40,000 nucleotides of DNA. Source: Methanosarcina sp. 2.H.T.1A.6. Its GTDB lineage: Archaea; Halobacteriota; Methanosarcinia; Methanosarcinales; Methanosarcinaceae. The notes beneath the pieces are model-generated. The model saw nothing but the letters and a program-made list of their open reading frames with translations, searched no databases and was not told the origin of the DNA. The DNA lies in assembly GCF_000979455.1 (NCBI RefSeq), contig NZ_JJOY01000052.1:1-40000 (forward strand). Direction: 5' to 3'. The translations under genes and the position numbers were made by a program. This document shows, one piece after another, positions 31,987 through 40,000 of this stretch; the stretch's first letter is position 1, and every line of letters starts with the position of its first letter.

Positions 31987-34908
31987 GTGATAGCTCTGTT
32001 GAATCAAAAATTAGTAATACTCTTTATGACAAGCTGCCTTGTCCTGTCAGGCATTCCTGCAGCTTTATGCATGAGTTCGGCACCAGTTGTTTATGTTGCA
32101 GGAGACGGCAGCGGAGACTTCAACTGTGATGGAAAAGACGACCATATCCAGATAAATCAGGCTCTCAAGTTCGTGGCAGAAAACTCTGCATATACAACTG
32201 TTCATCTCAAGGGACCCTTTACCTATGTTATTGACGAGACCCTCCTTATAGGCAGCAATACTATCCTTGAGGGCGACTCCAGTGCAAAAATAAAGCTTGT
32301 CAGCAATGCTAACTGGGCAGCCTGGAAACCAATGATTAAAGAAAGAAGTACAGGCAGCAGCGGAATTACCATTCGCGGTTTTACAATCGATGGAAACCGG
32401 GGAGGGAATTCGAATGTGGTTAGCGGAAAAGGATATTATAACCTTATCCACCTCAGCAGCTGTCAGAACATAAATGTGTATAATATGTATCTGACCAATA
32501 ACCACGGGGACGGTTTGAAAACCGATAAATGCACCGGTGTGAAACTCTATAATAACAAAATATACCTGCTCGGGCACGACGGCCTCTATGCCAGCAGCTG
32601 TTCAAATGTGGAAGCCTACAACAACATAATAACCTGCAGGACAAACAGCGGCCTCAGGCTTTATAATACAAACAAAGCCAGCTTCCATGATAATGTTATT
32701 ACATCGGAAGGTTCCGGTGGGGCAGGAATTGAAATCCAGAAGTATAACACTCCCTCAATGAACGATATTGAGGTCTACAACAACGTAATATACAAAACTG
32801 CTCTTGCAGGGATCTGGATTTTCGGATCAGGATCTTATTCCGCTTCAACGGCAAACGTTCACATCCACCATAACCAGATATACGATACCGGAACTAAAAC
32901 CAGCAACAGCATAATAGGAGGAATCTTATCCAACGGGTTCGGTGGACTCATTGAAAATAACGTGGTCGATGGGACCTATGGAGCTGGTATTGTCCAAAAA
33001 ACGGTGTATTCTCCAGCCCCGTCCGGGTCAGGTTTTGTACTTACAGTAAGAAATAACATAATTACAAACTCCAGATCTTCTTCAGCCGGGGGAAGCGGGT
33101 ATGGGGTGAACAACGAACTTAAAGGTACGCACTCTTTTGTCCTGCAGAACAACTGCTTCTACGGAAATGCAGGTGGAGAATACAAAAATGTCCAGGCCTC
33201 ATCTTCAGATATAAAGGCAGACCCGCAGTACGCTGACCGAAACAGCCGCGACTACCACCTGAAATCAAAAGCAGGGCGATGGAACGGAAACGGCTGGATA
33301 ACTGACAGCATGAGTTCCTCCTGCATCGACACAGGATACAGCTCTTCGGACTATTCTGCAGAACCTCAGGACAACGGAGGCAGGATTAACATAGGGGCAT
33401 TCGGGAACACAAAGTATGCTTCAAAATCAGGAACACCAATAATAGATAATCAGGCTCCTGTGATAAATTCCATCCCGGATGTTAGTGTTGAAGCTGGAAA
33501 AAGCCTTACCTTTACAGTAAGCGCTTCGGATGCAGACGGAGACAGCCTCGCATACTCTGCTTCAGGTACTCCCTCAGGTGCGACTTTTGACAGCAAGTCA
33601 GGGGTTTTCAGCTGGACCCCGGCTGTCGGACAGGAAGGGACGTACAGCGTAACCTTTGAGGTAAGTGATGGAAAACTAAAGGATTCGGCTACAGCAGCTA
33701 TAAGCGTTGTCAATCAGGAAAACCCCTCGCCCGCAACAGAAGAGGTCTACGATAACCGCCTGCGGGAAGCTTCTCCTAACACAGTCTACAAGAGCTCATC
33801 CTTTATTGACGTAGGGGGAATGAATAGTTTCAGGTATAGGGATGTAATACGGTTTGACCTGAGCGAGTACGAAACTTCCGGGGAAGTTGGTAACGCAATC
33901 CTTTCTCTCTACTGGTATTATCCTTCAGGGACCTCAAGACCCGGGGATACCGTGATCGAAGTTTACAGACCTGCTGCGTCATGGAATCCTGATTATGTGA
34001 GCTGGAGTAAAAAAGACAATGGTGTTGCATGGAATAATGCCGGAGGAGACTGGTACGATAAAAATGGTGTCTTGCAGGGCAATACTCCATATGCTACAAT
34101 AACCCTTAAAGCCAGTGAACTTCCGGATAGTGCATACCACGAGCTTGATGTAACTGGCCTGGTAAAAGAGTACGCCAGCGGCAAATATGAAAATACTGGA
34201 TTTCTGATCAAAGCCCGTACGGAAAACAACAATTACATAGCTTTTTACAGCACCGAAGCCGGAAACGAGAACCAGAAACCCAGGCTCACCGTAACCGAAC
34301 AGGCAGCTGTAAACCCGGTTATTGATGTGACCGTGACCGGGGCAAAGGACAACCGCCTGCGTGAAGCCTCCTCTAACACAGTCTACAAGAGTTCGTCCTT
34401 TATTGACATCGGCGGAATTGGTGGAGTTGGAAGGTACAGGGATGTAATGCGGTTTGACCTGAGTGAATATGAAGCTTCCGGGGAAGTTATTAACGCAGCC
34501 CTTTCTCTCTACTGGTATTATCCTTCAAGAACCTCAAGACCTGAGGATACTGTGATCGAGGTTTACAGACCTGCTGCTTCATGGAATCCTGATTATGTGA
34601 GCTGGAGTAAAAAAGACAAAGGTGTTGCATGGAATAATGTAGGAGGAGACTGGTACGATAAAAATGGTGTCTTGCAGGGCAGTACTCCATACGCTACGAT
34701 AACCCTTAAAGCCAGTGAACTTCCGGATAGCACATACCACGAGATTGATGTAACTGACCTGGTAAATGAATATGCCAGTGGCAAATACGAAAATACGGGA
34801 TTCCTGATCAAAGCCCGCACGGAAAACAATAATTACATAGCTTTCTACAGCACCGAAGCAGGAAGTGAGACTCAGCGCCCTAAACTGAACCTGCAATTGA
34901 AATCGTAA
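31987..34908 (+). CDS. Secreted right-handed beta-helix protein with Ig-like domain and two disaggregatase-related C-terminal repeats
   Basis: GTG start with signal-like LVILFMTSCLVLSGIPAALC. Beta-helix repeats (NNHGDGLKTDKCTGVKLYNNKIY...) and an Ig/cadherin-like segment PVINSIPDVSVEAGKSLTFTVSASDADGDSLAYSASG. The two ~180-aa repeats DNRLREAS.NTVYKSSSFID...AFYSTEAG resemble the repeats I recall from Methanosarcina disaggregatase. Confidence 0.8.
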   Translation: MIALLNQKLVILFMTSCLVLSGIPAALCMSSAPVVYVAGDGSGDFNCDGKDDHIQINQALKFVAENSAYTTVHLKGPFTYVIDETLLIGSNTILEGDSSAKIKLVSNANWAAWKPMIKERSTGSSGITIRGFTIDGNRGGNSNVVSGKGYYNLIHLSSCQNINVYNMYLTNNHGDGLKTDKCTGVKLYNNKIYLLGHDGLYASSCSNVEAYNNIITCRTNSGLRLYNTNKASFHDNVITSEGSGGAGIEIQKYNTPSMNDIEVYNNVIYKTALAGIWIFGSGSYSASTANVHIHHNQIYDTGTKTSNSIIGGILSNGFGGLIENNVVDGTYGAGIVQKTVYSPAPSGSGFVLTVRNNIITNSRSSSAGGSGYGVNNELKGTHSFVLQNNCFYGNAGGEYKNVQASSSDIKADPQYADRNSRDYHLKSKAGRWNGNGWITDSMSSSCIDTGYSSSDYSAEPQDNGGRINIGAFGNTKYASKSGTPIIDNQAPVINSIPDVSVEAGKSLTFTVSASDADGDSLAYSASGTPSGATFDSKSGVFSWTPAVGQEGTYSVTFEVSDGKLKDSATAAISVVNQENPSPATEEVYDNRLREASPNTVYKSSSFIDVGGMNSFRYRDVIRFDLSEYETSGEVGNAILSLYWYYPSGTSRPGDTVIEVYRPAASWNPDYVSWSKKDNGVAWNNAGGDWYDKNGVLQGNTPYATITLKASELPDSAYHELDVTGLVKEYASGKYENTGFLIKARTENNNYIAFYSTEAGNENQKPRLTVTEQAAVNPVIDVTVTGAKDNRLREASSNTVYKSSSFIDIGGIGGVGRYRDVMRFDLSEYEASGEVINAALSLYWYYPSRTSRPEDTVIEVYRPAASWNPDYVSWSKKDKGVAWNNVGGDWYDKNGVLQGSTPYATITLKASELPDSTYHEIDVTDLVNEYASGKYENTGFLIKARTENNNYIAFYSTEAGSETQRPKLNLQLKS

Positions 34909-35019
34909 TCAATTAGCAGATTTAGTTTCAGGAAAGGTATTTCTACAGGATGCAGGCGAGCATAAAAACGTCAACTGCTTAACCTTCATCCCTGTATATT
35001 CTTTCGAATAACTTTTTTA

Positions 35020-35114
35020 GAAAACGGGCCTCCTGAAAAACAGGCCTTCTGAAAAACAGGCCTTCTGAAAAACAGGCCTTCTGAAAAACAGGCCTTCTGA
35101 AAAACATGCTTTCT
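35020..35114. repeat. 16-bp tandem repeat GAAAAACAGGCCTTCT (4 perfect plus 2 degenerate copies)
   Basis: Perfect copies at 35035-35050, 35051-35066, 35067-35082 and 35083-35098. Degenerate copies at 35020-35034 and 35099-35114. Confidence 0.9.
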
Positions 35115-35209
35115 CATTTTTTCAGAGCATGATATGTTCTGGTTTTAATTTTTAAAATTAATTTAAAACTGAATAAATAATTTATACATCCTGTTTTCAT
35201 ACCTTCTGC

Positions 35210-35731
35210 ATGACCCTTTCTCTATTGAGCCCTCTGGAAATGCCTGCAATAGATGGCATCAGAATTCCCCTGAACTTATATGTCGTGCTTAAGGAACCAG
35301 TACTTCTTGCCGGTATGTCTTATCCCGGAATGCGTACCCCCTGGGAAAATATTGGGGATGCTTGTTTCTCAGGTGTGGTCTGCCTCTGCGATTCAAAGGT
35401 TTCCTATAACCCCTATCCTCTTGAAGTACTGTTTTCTGCAGAGTTGGAAGATCTGCACCACGGTTTTCCGCCAATTAACCCTCAAATGCAGGAGGAACTT
35501 GTAAGAGACGCAACTGAAGTAATAAGGCGAGAAGCGGATGCAGGGAAGGGAATTGTTGTTCACTGTATGGGCGGGATAGGCAGGACTGGCACTGTTCTTG
35601 GATGTGTACTCCGGGACCTTGGTTTTCGTGCTGATGATGTAATAAGTTACCTGGACAAAATAAACAGAATCAGGGGTGTAAGGGGGTGGCCGGAGGTAAA
35701 ATGGCAGGAGGAAATGGTACGAAAGTACTGA
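35210..35731 (+). CDS. Cys-based protein phosphatase (dual-specificity / PTP-like)
   Basis: VVHCMGGIGRTGTV matches the HCx5R(S/T) phosphatase P-loop. 173 aa. Confidence 0.8.
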   Translation: MTLSLLSPLEMPAIDGIRIPLNLYVVLKEPVLLAGMSYPGMRTPWENIGDACFSGVVCLCDSKVSYNPYPLEVLFSAELEDLHHGFPPINPQMQEELVRDATEVIRREADAGKGIVVHCMGGIGRTGTVLGCVLRDLGFRADDVISYLDKINRIRGVRGWPEVKWQEEMVRKY

Positions 35732-35823
35732 TTTATTCTGTGAAAATTAACTCATTCTGTGAAAATTGACGCTCAGTTGATTAATCCTTTAATTTCTTAA
35801 CATAAACTTTCTTTATAGAATTT

Positions 35824-36504
35824 TTGACAAGGTATCTATATTTCTCTTTTATTTCCTTTTTTCAGCTTCATTTTTACCCTTGTCCTTCACTACTGAAAAT
35901 CATCTCCGGAGGAAAAAATTTAAGAACTAAGTCTTCGTATAAGAACTGTACAAATATAATTGAAATGATGGCGATGGCTATGGTAACAAGTCAGGAAAGA
36001 CAGAGGTCAAATCTATCCAGAATGAAAGAAATAATGGTAAAAATTGAAAACACAAAAAACGACTTTGATCTAATAGTCGAATTAAAGGAACTTTTAAGAA
36101 AACAGTATCCCCTGTCCCTAAAATGGCATATGATTATATTTAGAAATGAAATTGATAGAAGCTTAAAGTATTTAGAAGAAATAAGAAAAGAAGAAGCTAA
36201 GGTAACGGGCGGGAAGCACAAGCAAAGAAAGGAGCCAAAAGGAGGATTAAAGCAAGTTTACTATAAACCCTCAGAGATACCGGGCGCATTTAAACTTGAT
36301 TATTGCTTAGTATATGATGCTGAAACAAACCAGTATAAATGGTTAAAGTGCAGCACTCCCCGAAATACAAGAGCAAAAGTTTTTACAATTCCGATATCTA
36401 TGATTGGAGAGTACAAACTTCAATGGAGTGAAGAGATGAAACAGAAATGGGGAGAAGACAGCATCGGACAAAGAGAATTAGTGGAAAGGACTATTAATAA
36501 TTGA
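35824..36504 (+). CDS. Hypothetical Lys/Glu-rich protein (start uncertain)
   Basis: 226-aa ORF from a TTG. A more likely start is at the MMAMAMVTSQ methionines near 35965. No motif is recognised. Confidence 0.4.
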   Translation: MTRYLYFSFISFFQLHFYPCPSLLKIISGGKNLRTKSSYKNCTNIIEMMAMAMVTSQERQRSNLSRMKEIMVKIENTKNDFDLIVELKELLRKQYPLSLKWHMIIFRNEIDRSLKYLEEIRKEEAKVTGGKHKQRKEPKGGLKQVYYKPSEIPGAFKLDYCLVYDAETNQYKWLKCSTPRNTRAKVFTIPISMIGEYKLQWSEEMKQKWGEDSIGQRELVERTINN

Positions 36505-36829
36505 AAAACAAACCAGATCAGATATATCAAAGACCCTAACCCCCCACCTTTATGTGTGCAGTGGAAGCACTTGCAGATATACTCAGGAAAAGTGTCATTT
36601 TGAAACAAGTAGAAAGCTTCTTTGAATATATTGGTCAATAGGATTCAGAATTGAAGCAGTTATTAACTCAAAAATTCCACATTCTATAAGACGAGGAGTA
36701 TATATCTAGAAGAGGATTAAAACTGGAGATTAGGTGCTAAATGTGGAATCGATGTTCTGTAAGGTCTAATCTCCAGCAAAGTCTTAAGGGTCATACATTA
36801 CCAAGGTGTATACCTTATCCGATGTAGAT

Positions 36830-37237
36830 TCAGGCAGTAATTTCCTTACTCATGATATAAGCAACCATTTCGGAGTTTAACTTGCTCTCCCTTGAAACTC
36901 TTTTCTCAATCTCTTCAGCGGATTTACCTTCTATTTTCATTTCTTTAATCTTTTCAATTATTGAGGATGAAATGCTGTAGTATTCATTAATATCTTTCCT
37001 GTGTCCCCAGACATCCCCTTCAATAAGCTGGACTCTCTGCATCTGAAGGAACATTTCTATGGACTTTGAAACCGTGCGCCTGTAAGATTTAGGCAACTGA
37101 ATAACTTCAATCTTCGGGCAGGTTTCAACCAATCCAAAGATGTCCTTGTTAGAAGGCCTGAAAGCCAGATGAACTATTCTTTCGTTTGGATTCAATGTAA
37201 AGATTTCTTCTCTGGAACTAACTACTCTTATTCTCAT
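36830..37237 (-). CDS. Hypothetical protein
   Basis: 135-aa ORF starting MRIRVVSSREEIFTLNPNERIVHLAFRP.... It has reasonable coding composition but no family I can name with confidence. Confidence 0.5.
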   Translation of the reverse strand: MRIRVVSSREEIFTLNPNERIVHLAFRPSNKDIFGLVETCPKIEVIQLPKSYRRTVSKSIEMFLQMQRVQLIEGDVWGHRKDINEYYSISSSIIEKIKEMKIEGKSAEEIEKRVSRESKLNSEMVAYIMSKEITA

Positions 37238-37854
37238 GTTTTTCCCCCACTGTAGGTTGTTTTATATTTTTTAATTGTTTTATGTTTTTACTACAGTAGG
37301 AACTACTTATACTTATTATAAATAGTTATCTCATTGCACTAACATTATTTAGATAGTATATTGGTTGTTTACTTCTACTAAGTCCTTGGAAAATGACCTA
37401 AAAAAGCCTAAAATGGAATAAAATCACTTTATACAGAAGATTTTATTATATTTACTTTGATTTTTGCCGTTTTTCTTAGTATAATTTTTTTATAACTATT
37501 TGACTTATCATAATCACTAACACCGGGAATTTCTATGCATTTCAACTTAAAATTTTGGTGATTTTACGACGGACATAGAAGCCACCTATGTGAACAGTAT
37601 TCGTGTCTCATATACATGATATGACAGATAATAAAAAGAATTGAAAGGCTGATCAAGATCACGGTTTATAAAGGAGGAAGTCCGCTTGCTTTAGCGGTGG
37701 GAGATATTCCGTCAAATGACAGGAAATGCTCAGAGAGAACCAGATTCAAAAATCCCCGCAGTAAACATTACAAAAATCCCCGTAGAAAATATTGTAAAAA
37801 TCCTTGCCGTAAACATTAAAGAGAGTTCTATACCTATTTTCTTCTGGTGTGGGT

Positions 37855-40000
37855 TTAATCTTCAAACTCCAGATCATACTCTTCCTGCAGTTCTCTATCA
37901 AACAGTTCCTCTTCAACCTTTAACGTATTGGCTGCAACTCCCGTTTTTCCTTCAGGTATGCCAAGTTTACTAAGAGTAAACTGCTTCATTTTTTCAATAC
38001 GGGTATCTTCGAGGTTTAATTCTGCAGACCTGTTAAAAGCTGAAAGTGCTTTATCATATTCTTCTATGTTGTAATGGAGGACACCCTTGTAATACCAGGT
38101 TCTTGAATTATGCCAATTAATTTTGAGCGCATCTTCAATAGATATAAAGGCTTCATCGTGTTTACCCAACCTTGAAAGCATAAAAGCCTTTTTTGCAAGA
38201 GCTTTCTGGTCATAGGGATCAAGTTCCAGAACGCTGTTAAAGTGCCTTAATGCTTCATCATACATTCCGTTTTTAGAGTAAATGTAGCCTCTTGTAAAAA
38301 GTGAATCTGAGTCGTCAGGGACAATTTCCAGAGCCCGGTCAACAGCTTTCAAAGCTTCTTCTGACCTGTGCATTTTAGTAAGGATTGCTCCTTTCTTTGA
38401 CCAGAGGACTGAGTTGAAAGGATTTAGCTGTATTAGCCCGTTATACAGGCTGAGCGCGTCTTCATATTTTCCAGTCATTACAAGGATGAAACCTTTGTTT
38501 GACAGCGCTTTTACATTATCTGGCTGGATGTTTATCATCTTATCATAGGCTTTTAAAGCCTCTTCAAATCTATTTAGCTTGGAGAGGGCATATCCTTTTC
38601 TCAGGAGGACCTCTGGCTTTTTTGGCGTAAGCTGGTAAGCTTTTTCAAGGTACTCAAGCCCTTCTTCATATTTATGGAACTTTAAAAGTGCTTTTCCTTT
38701 CAAAAAGAGGAGTTCACCATTCTTTGGGTCCAGATCAAGTGCAAGGACTACAATCTCGAAAGCCTCCTGAAATCTCTGGAGTTTCAGGAGGCTGGAAGCT
38801 TTAAGGCAAAGGGCACCCACATGGTCCGGTTCAATTTCAAGTATTTTATTTGCGAGTCCTAATACCTCTTTATACATTCCGAGCTGATAGAGCACAAAAC
38901 CTTTTTTGCATATGGCTTTCACGTATTCGGGATTAAAATCACAGAGTTCACTAAAGGAAGATAACTGTTTTTTTGATGAAAGGGAATTTATAAAGTTTGG
39001 AGTAATCCTGATTACTTCATCAAGTGTGTAAAGTGCCTCTTCATACCTTTTGTGCCCAATGAGGAACTCAACTTTAGAACGCCAGCTTTCCGTATTGCCA
39101 GGGTCTGTTTCAATCAATTCATTAAGGGCTCTTTCCTCTTCAAGGATTTCAGTTTGCTTTTTCGTCCAGGCTTCAAGGAGGTCTCTTGAGTCAGGATGTT
39201 CTGAATCAATTGAGAGCACATACTTTATTTGCTCTATTGCTTTTCCGAAATCTCCGGAATCCGCATATATCTCAGCTAGCTTTTGCATCTCATTCACTAC
39301 AGGGTATGCAGAGATCTGAACAGCTATATCTCCCTGCGAGCCTTTTATGGGCTGAAATATCACCTGGATTTGGGCTCCCCAGTATACATTATTTAAATCA
39401 ACGTCAGATATCGAACTGTCGATTATTGCACTGACATGGAAAAAATAGGTTTTCCCGTCCTGGCCGATTATAAACCCGTAACCCTGCGGTGCAAGATACT
39501 TGAAAATCTGGCCCTGCTTTCGGGGAATTTTACTGCAGAATTCTTCCATTGTTCGCCCGGCTTCATCTTCAGGCCCATTTCCATTGAAAGAATCTATTTT
39601 ATCGAGGGATGATTTTAGCTTATCAGTAATTATGGCAAAGTTATTGGGGGTAATAGGGGAGTTATTGGAGGTAATCGAAGTATTAGAGGAGTTAATGGAA
39701 GAGTTATTGGGGTTAATAATAGGTGGGGAATTAATAGGGGGAGAAGACTTAATAGAAGAAGAGTTTTCCATGCGGGAACCTCTATATTCGTTCAAAAGGC
39801 CCGTGAGTTTTCCATAGCCGATAAGCCTTTCATATTCCTTACACGTTTGTCTGGGATAGTTTTTGAAGGCCAAATCGAGCAGGGACGTTACATTTTTCAG
39901 ATCAAGAGTTTTGTGTTCCGGGTCCTTTTCTTGCAAGGCCGTTATAAGAGGTTCTGCAGCTTTGTATTTTTTATCCCTCTGAAGGACATAAAGCGCGGAT
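37855..40000 (-). CDS. TPR-repeat protein with an OB/cold-shock-like segment, 5'-partial (frame open to the window end)
   Basis: More than 10 TPR-like 34-aa repeats (e.g. AICKKGFVLYQLGMYKEVLGLANKILEIEPDH). The segment GQIFKYLAPQGYGFIIGQDGKTYFFHVSAI resembles a cold-shock/OB fold. The ORF-track start is a TTG, and the frame continues upstream (..ALYVLQRDKKYKAAEPLITAL) to 40000. Confidence 0.75.
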   Translation of the reverse strand, partial: SALYVLQRDKKYKAAEPLITALQEKDPEHKTLDLKNVTSLLDLAFKNYPRQTCKEYERLIGYGKLTGLLNEYRGSRMENSSSIKSSPPINSPPIINPNNSSINSSNTSITSNNSPITPNNFAIITDKLKSSLDKIDSFNGNGPEDEAGRTMEEFCSKIPRKQGQIFKYLAPQGYGFIIGQDGKTYFFHVSAIIDSSISDVDLNNVYWGAQIQVIFQPIKGSQGDIAVQISAYPVVNEMQKLAEIYADSGDFGKAIEQIKYVLSIDSEHPDSRDLLEAWTKKQTEILEEERALNELIETDPGNTESWRSKVEFLIGHKRYEEALYTLDEVIRITPNFINSLSSKKQLSSFSELCDFNPEYVKAICKKGFVLYQLGMYKEVLGLANKILEIEPDHVGALCLKASSLLKLQRFQEAFEIVVLALDLDPKNGELLFLKGKALLKFHKYEEGLEYLEKAYQLTPKKPEVLLRKGYALSKLNRFEEALKAYDKMINIQPDNVKALSNKGFILVMTGKYEDALSLYNGLIQLNPFNSVLWSKKGAILTKMHRSEEALKAVDRALEIVPDDSDSLFTRGYIYSKNGMYDEALRHFNSVLELDPYDQKALAKKAFMLSRLGKHDEAFISIEDALKINWHNSRTWYYKGVLHYNIEEYDKALSAFNRSAELNLEDTRIEKMKQFTLSKLGIPEGKTGVAANTLKVEEELFDRELQEEYDLEFED

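Noticed and set aside
33450-34896. Repeated minus-strand ORFs (e.g. 33830-34090 / 34490-34690 and 33993-34232 / 34593-34829)
   Set aside because: They are antisense shadow ORFs of the disaggregatase-like gene, duplicated only because the coding repeat is duplicated.
37716-37973. 85-aa ORF with an IPAVNITKIPVENIVKILAVNIKE repeat
   Set aside because: Its repetitive peptide is a by-product of the 24-bp DNA tandem repeat, and its 3' part overlaps the end of the TPR gene on the other strand.

Overview
This looks like an archaeal, Methanosarcina-like chromosome segment, judged only by gene content and motifs read by eye; no searches were run. The left ~23 kb is visibly more AT-rich and is an accessory region made of three related casposons (Cas1 casposase plus family-B DNA polymerase transposons) stacked against a tRNA-Leu locus. 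Casposon W (520-2992) is an inverted remnant whose polB is truncated by an IS5-family IS at 1-518. Casposon X (3007-13300) has intact cas1, but polB carries a 5-nt deletion and one core gene has an in-frame TGA. Casposon Y (13315-23076) has all core genes intact and a perfect 14-bp target-site duplication, ATAACTTTAGTGCG, which includes the last 4 nt of a decayed tRNA-Leu copy. The shared core is polB-HNH-ORF212-RHH on the minus strand, a divergent wHTH-cas1 pair on the plus strand, then 43-bp iteron-like tandem repeats. Both ends of each element act as variable cargo slots. The polB-proximal slot holds two different HEPN-like hypotheticals (W, X) or a RES-domain toxin-like protein (Y). The cas1-distal slot holds a secreted transglutaminase-like protein (X) or, in Y, the most notable item. 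That item is a retron-type reverse transcriptase fused to a RecB/Cas4-like PD-(D/E)xK nuclease domain, preceded by about 300 bp of hairpin-rich non-coding sequence that could be its msr/msd RNA. The right ~17 kb is ordinary host DNA. It contains a 2x[4Fe-4S] ferredoxin, an intact tRNA-Leu(UAA), an MBL-fold hydrolase and a glycosyltransferase/GH130/glycosyltransferase-cupin operon. It also contains a long AT-rich intergenic region, a disaggregatase-like beta-helix surface protein with an internal duplication, a Cys-based phosphatase, hypotheticals and a 5'-partial TPR protein.
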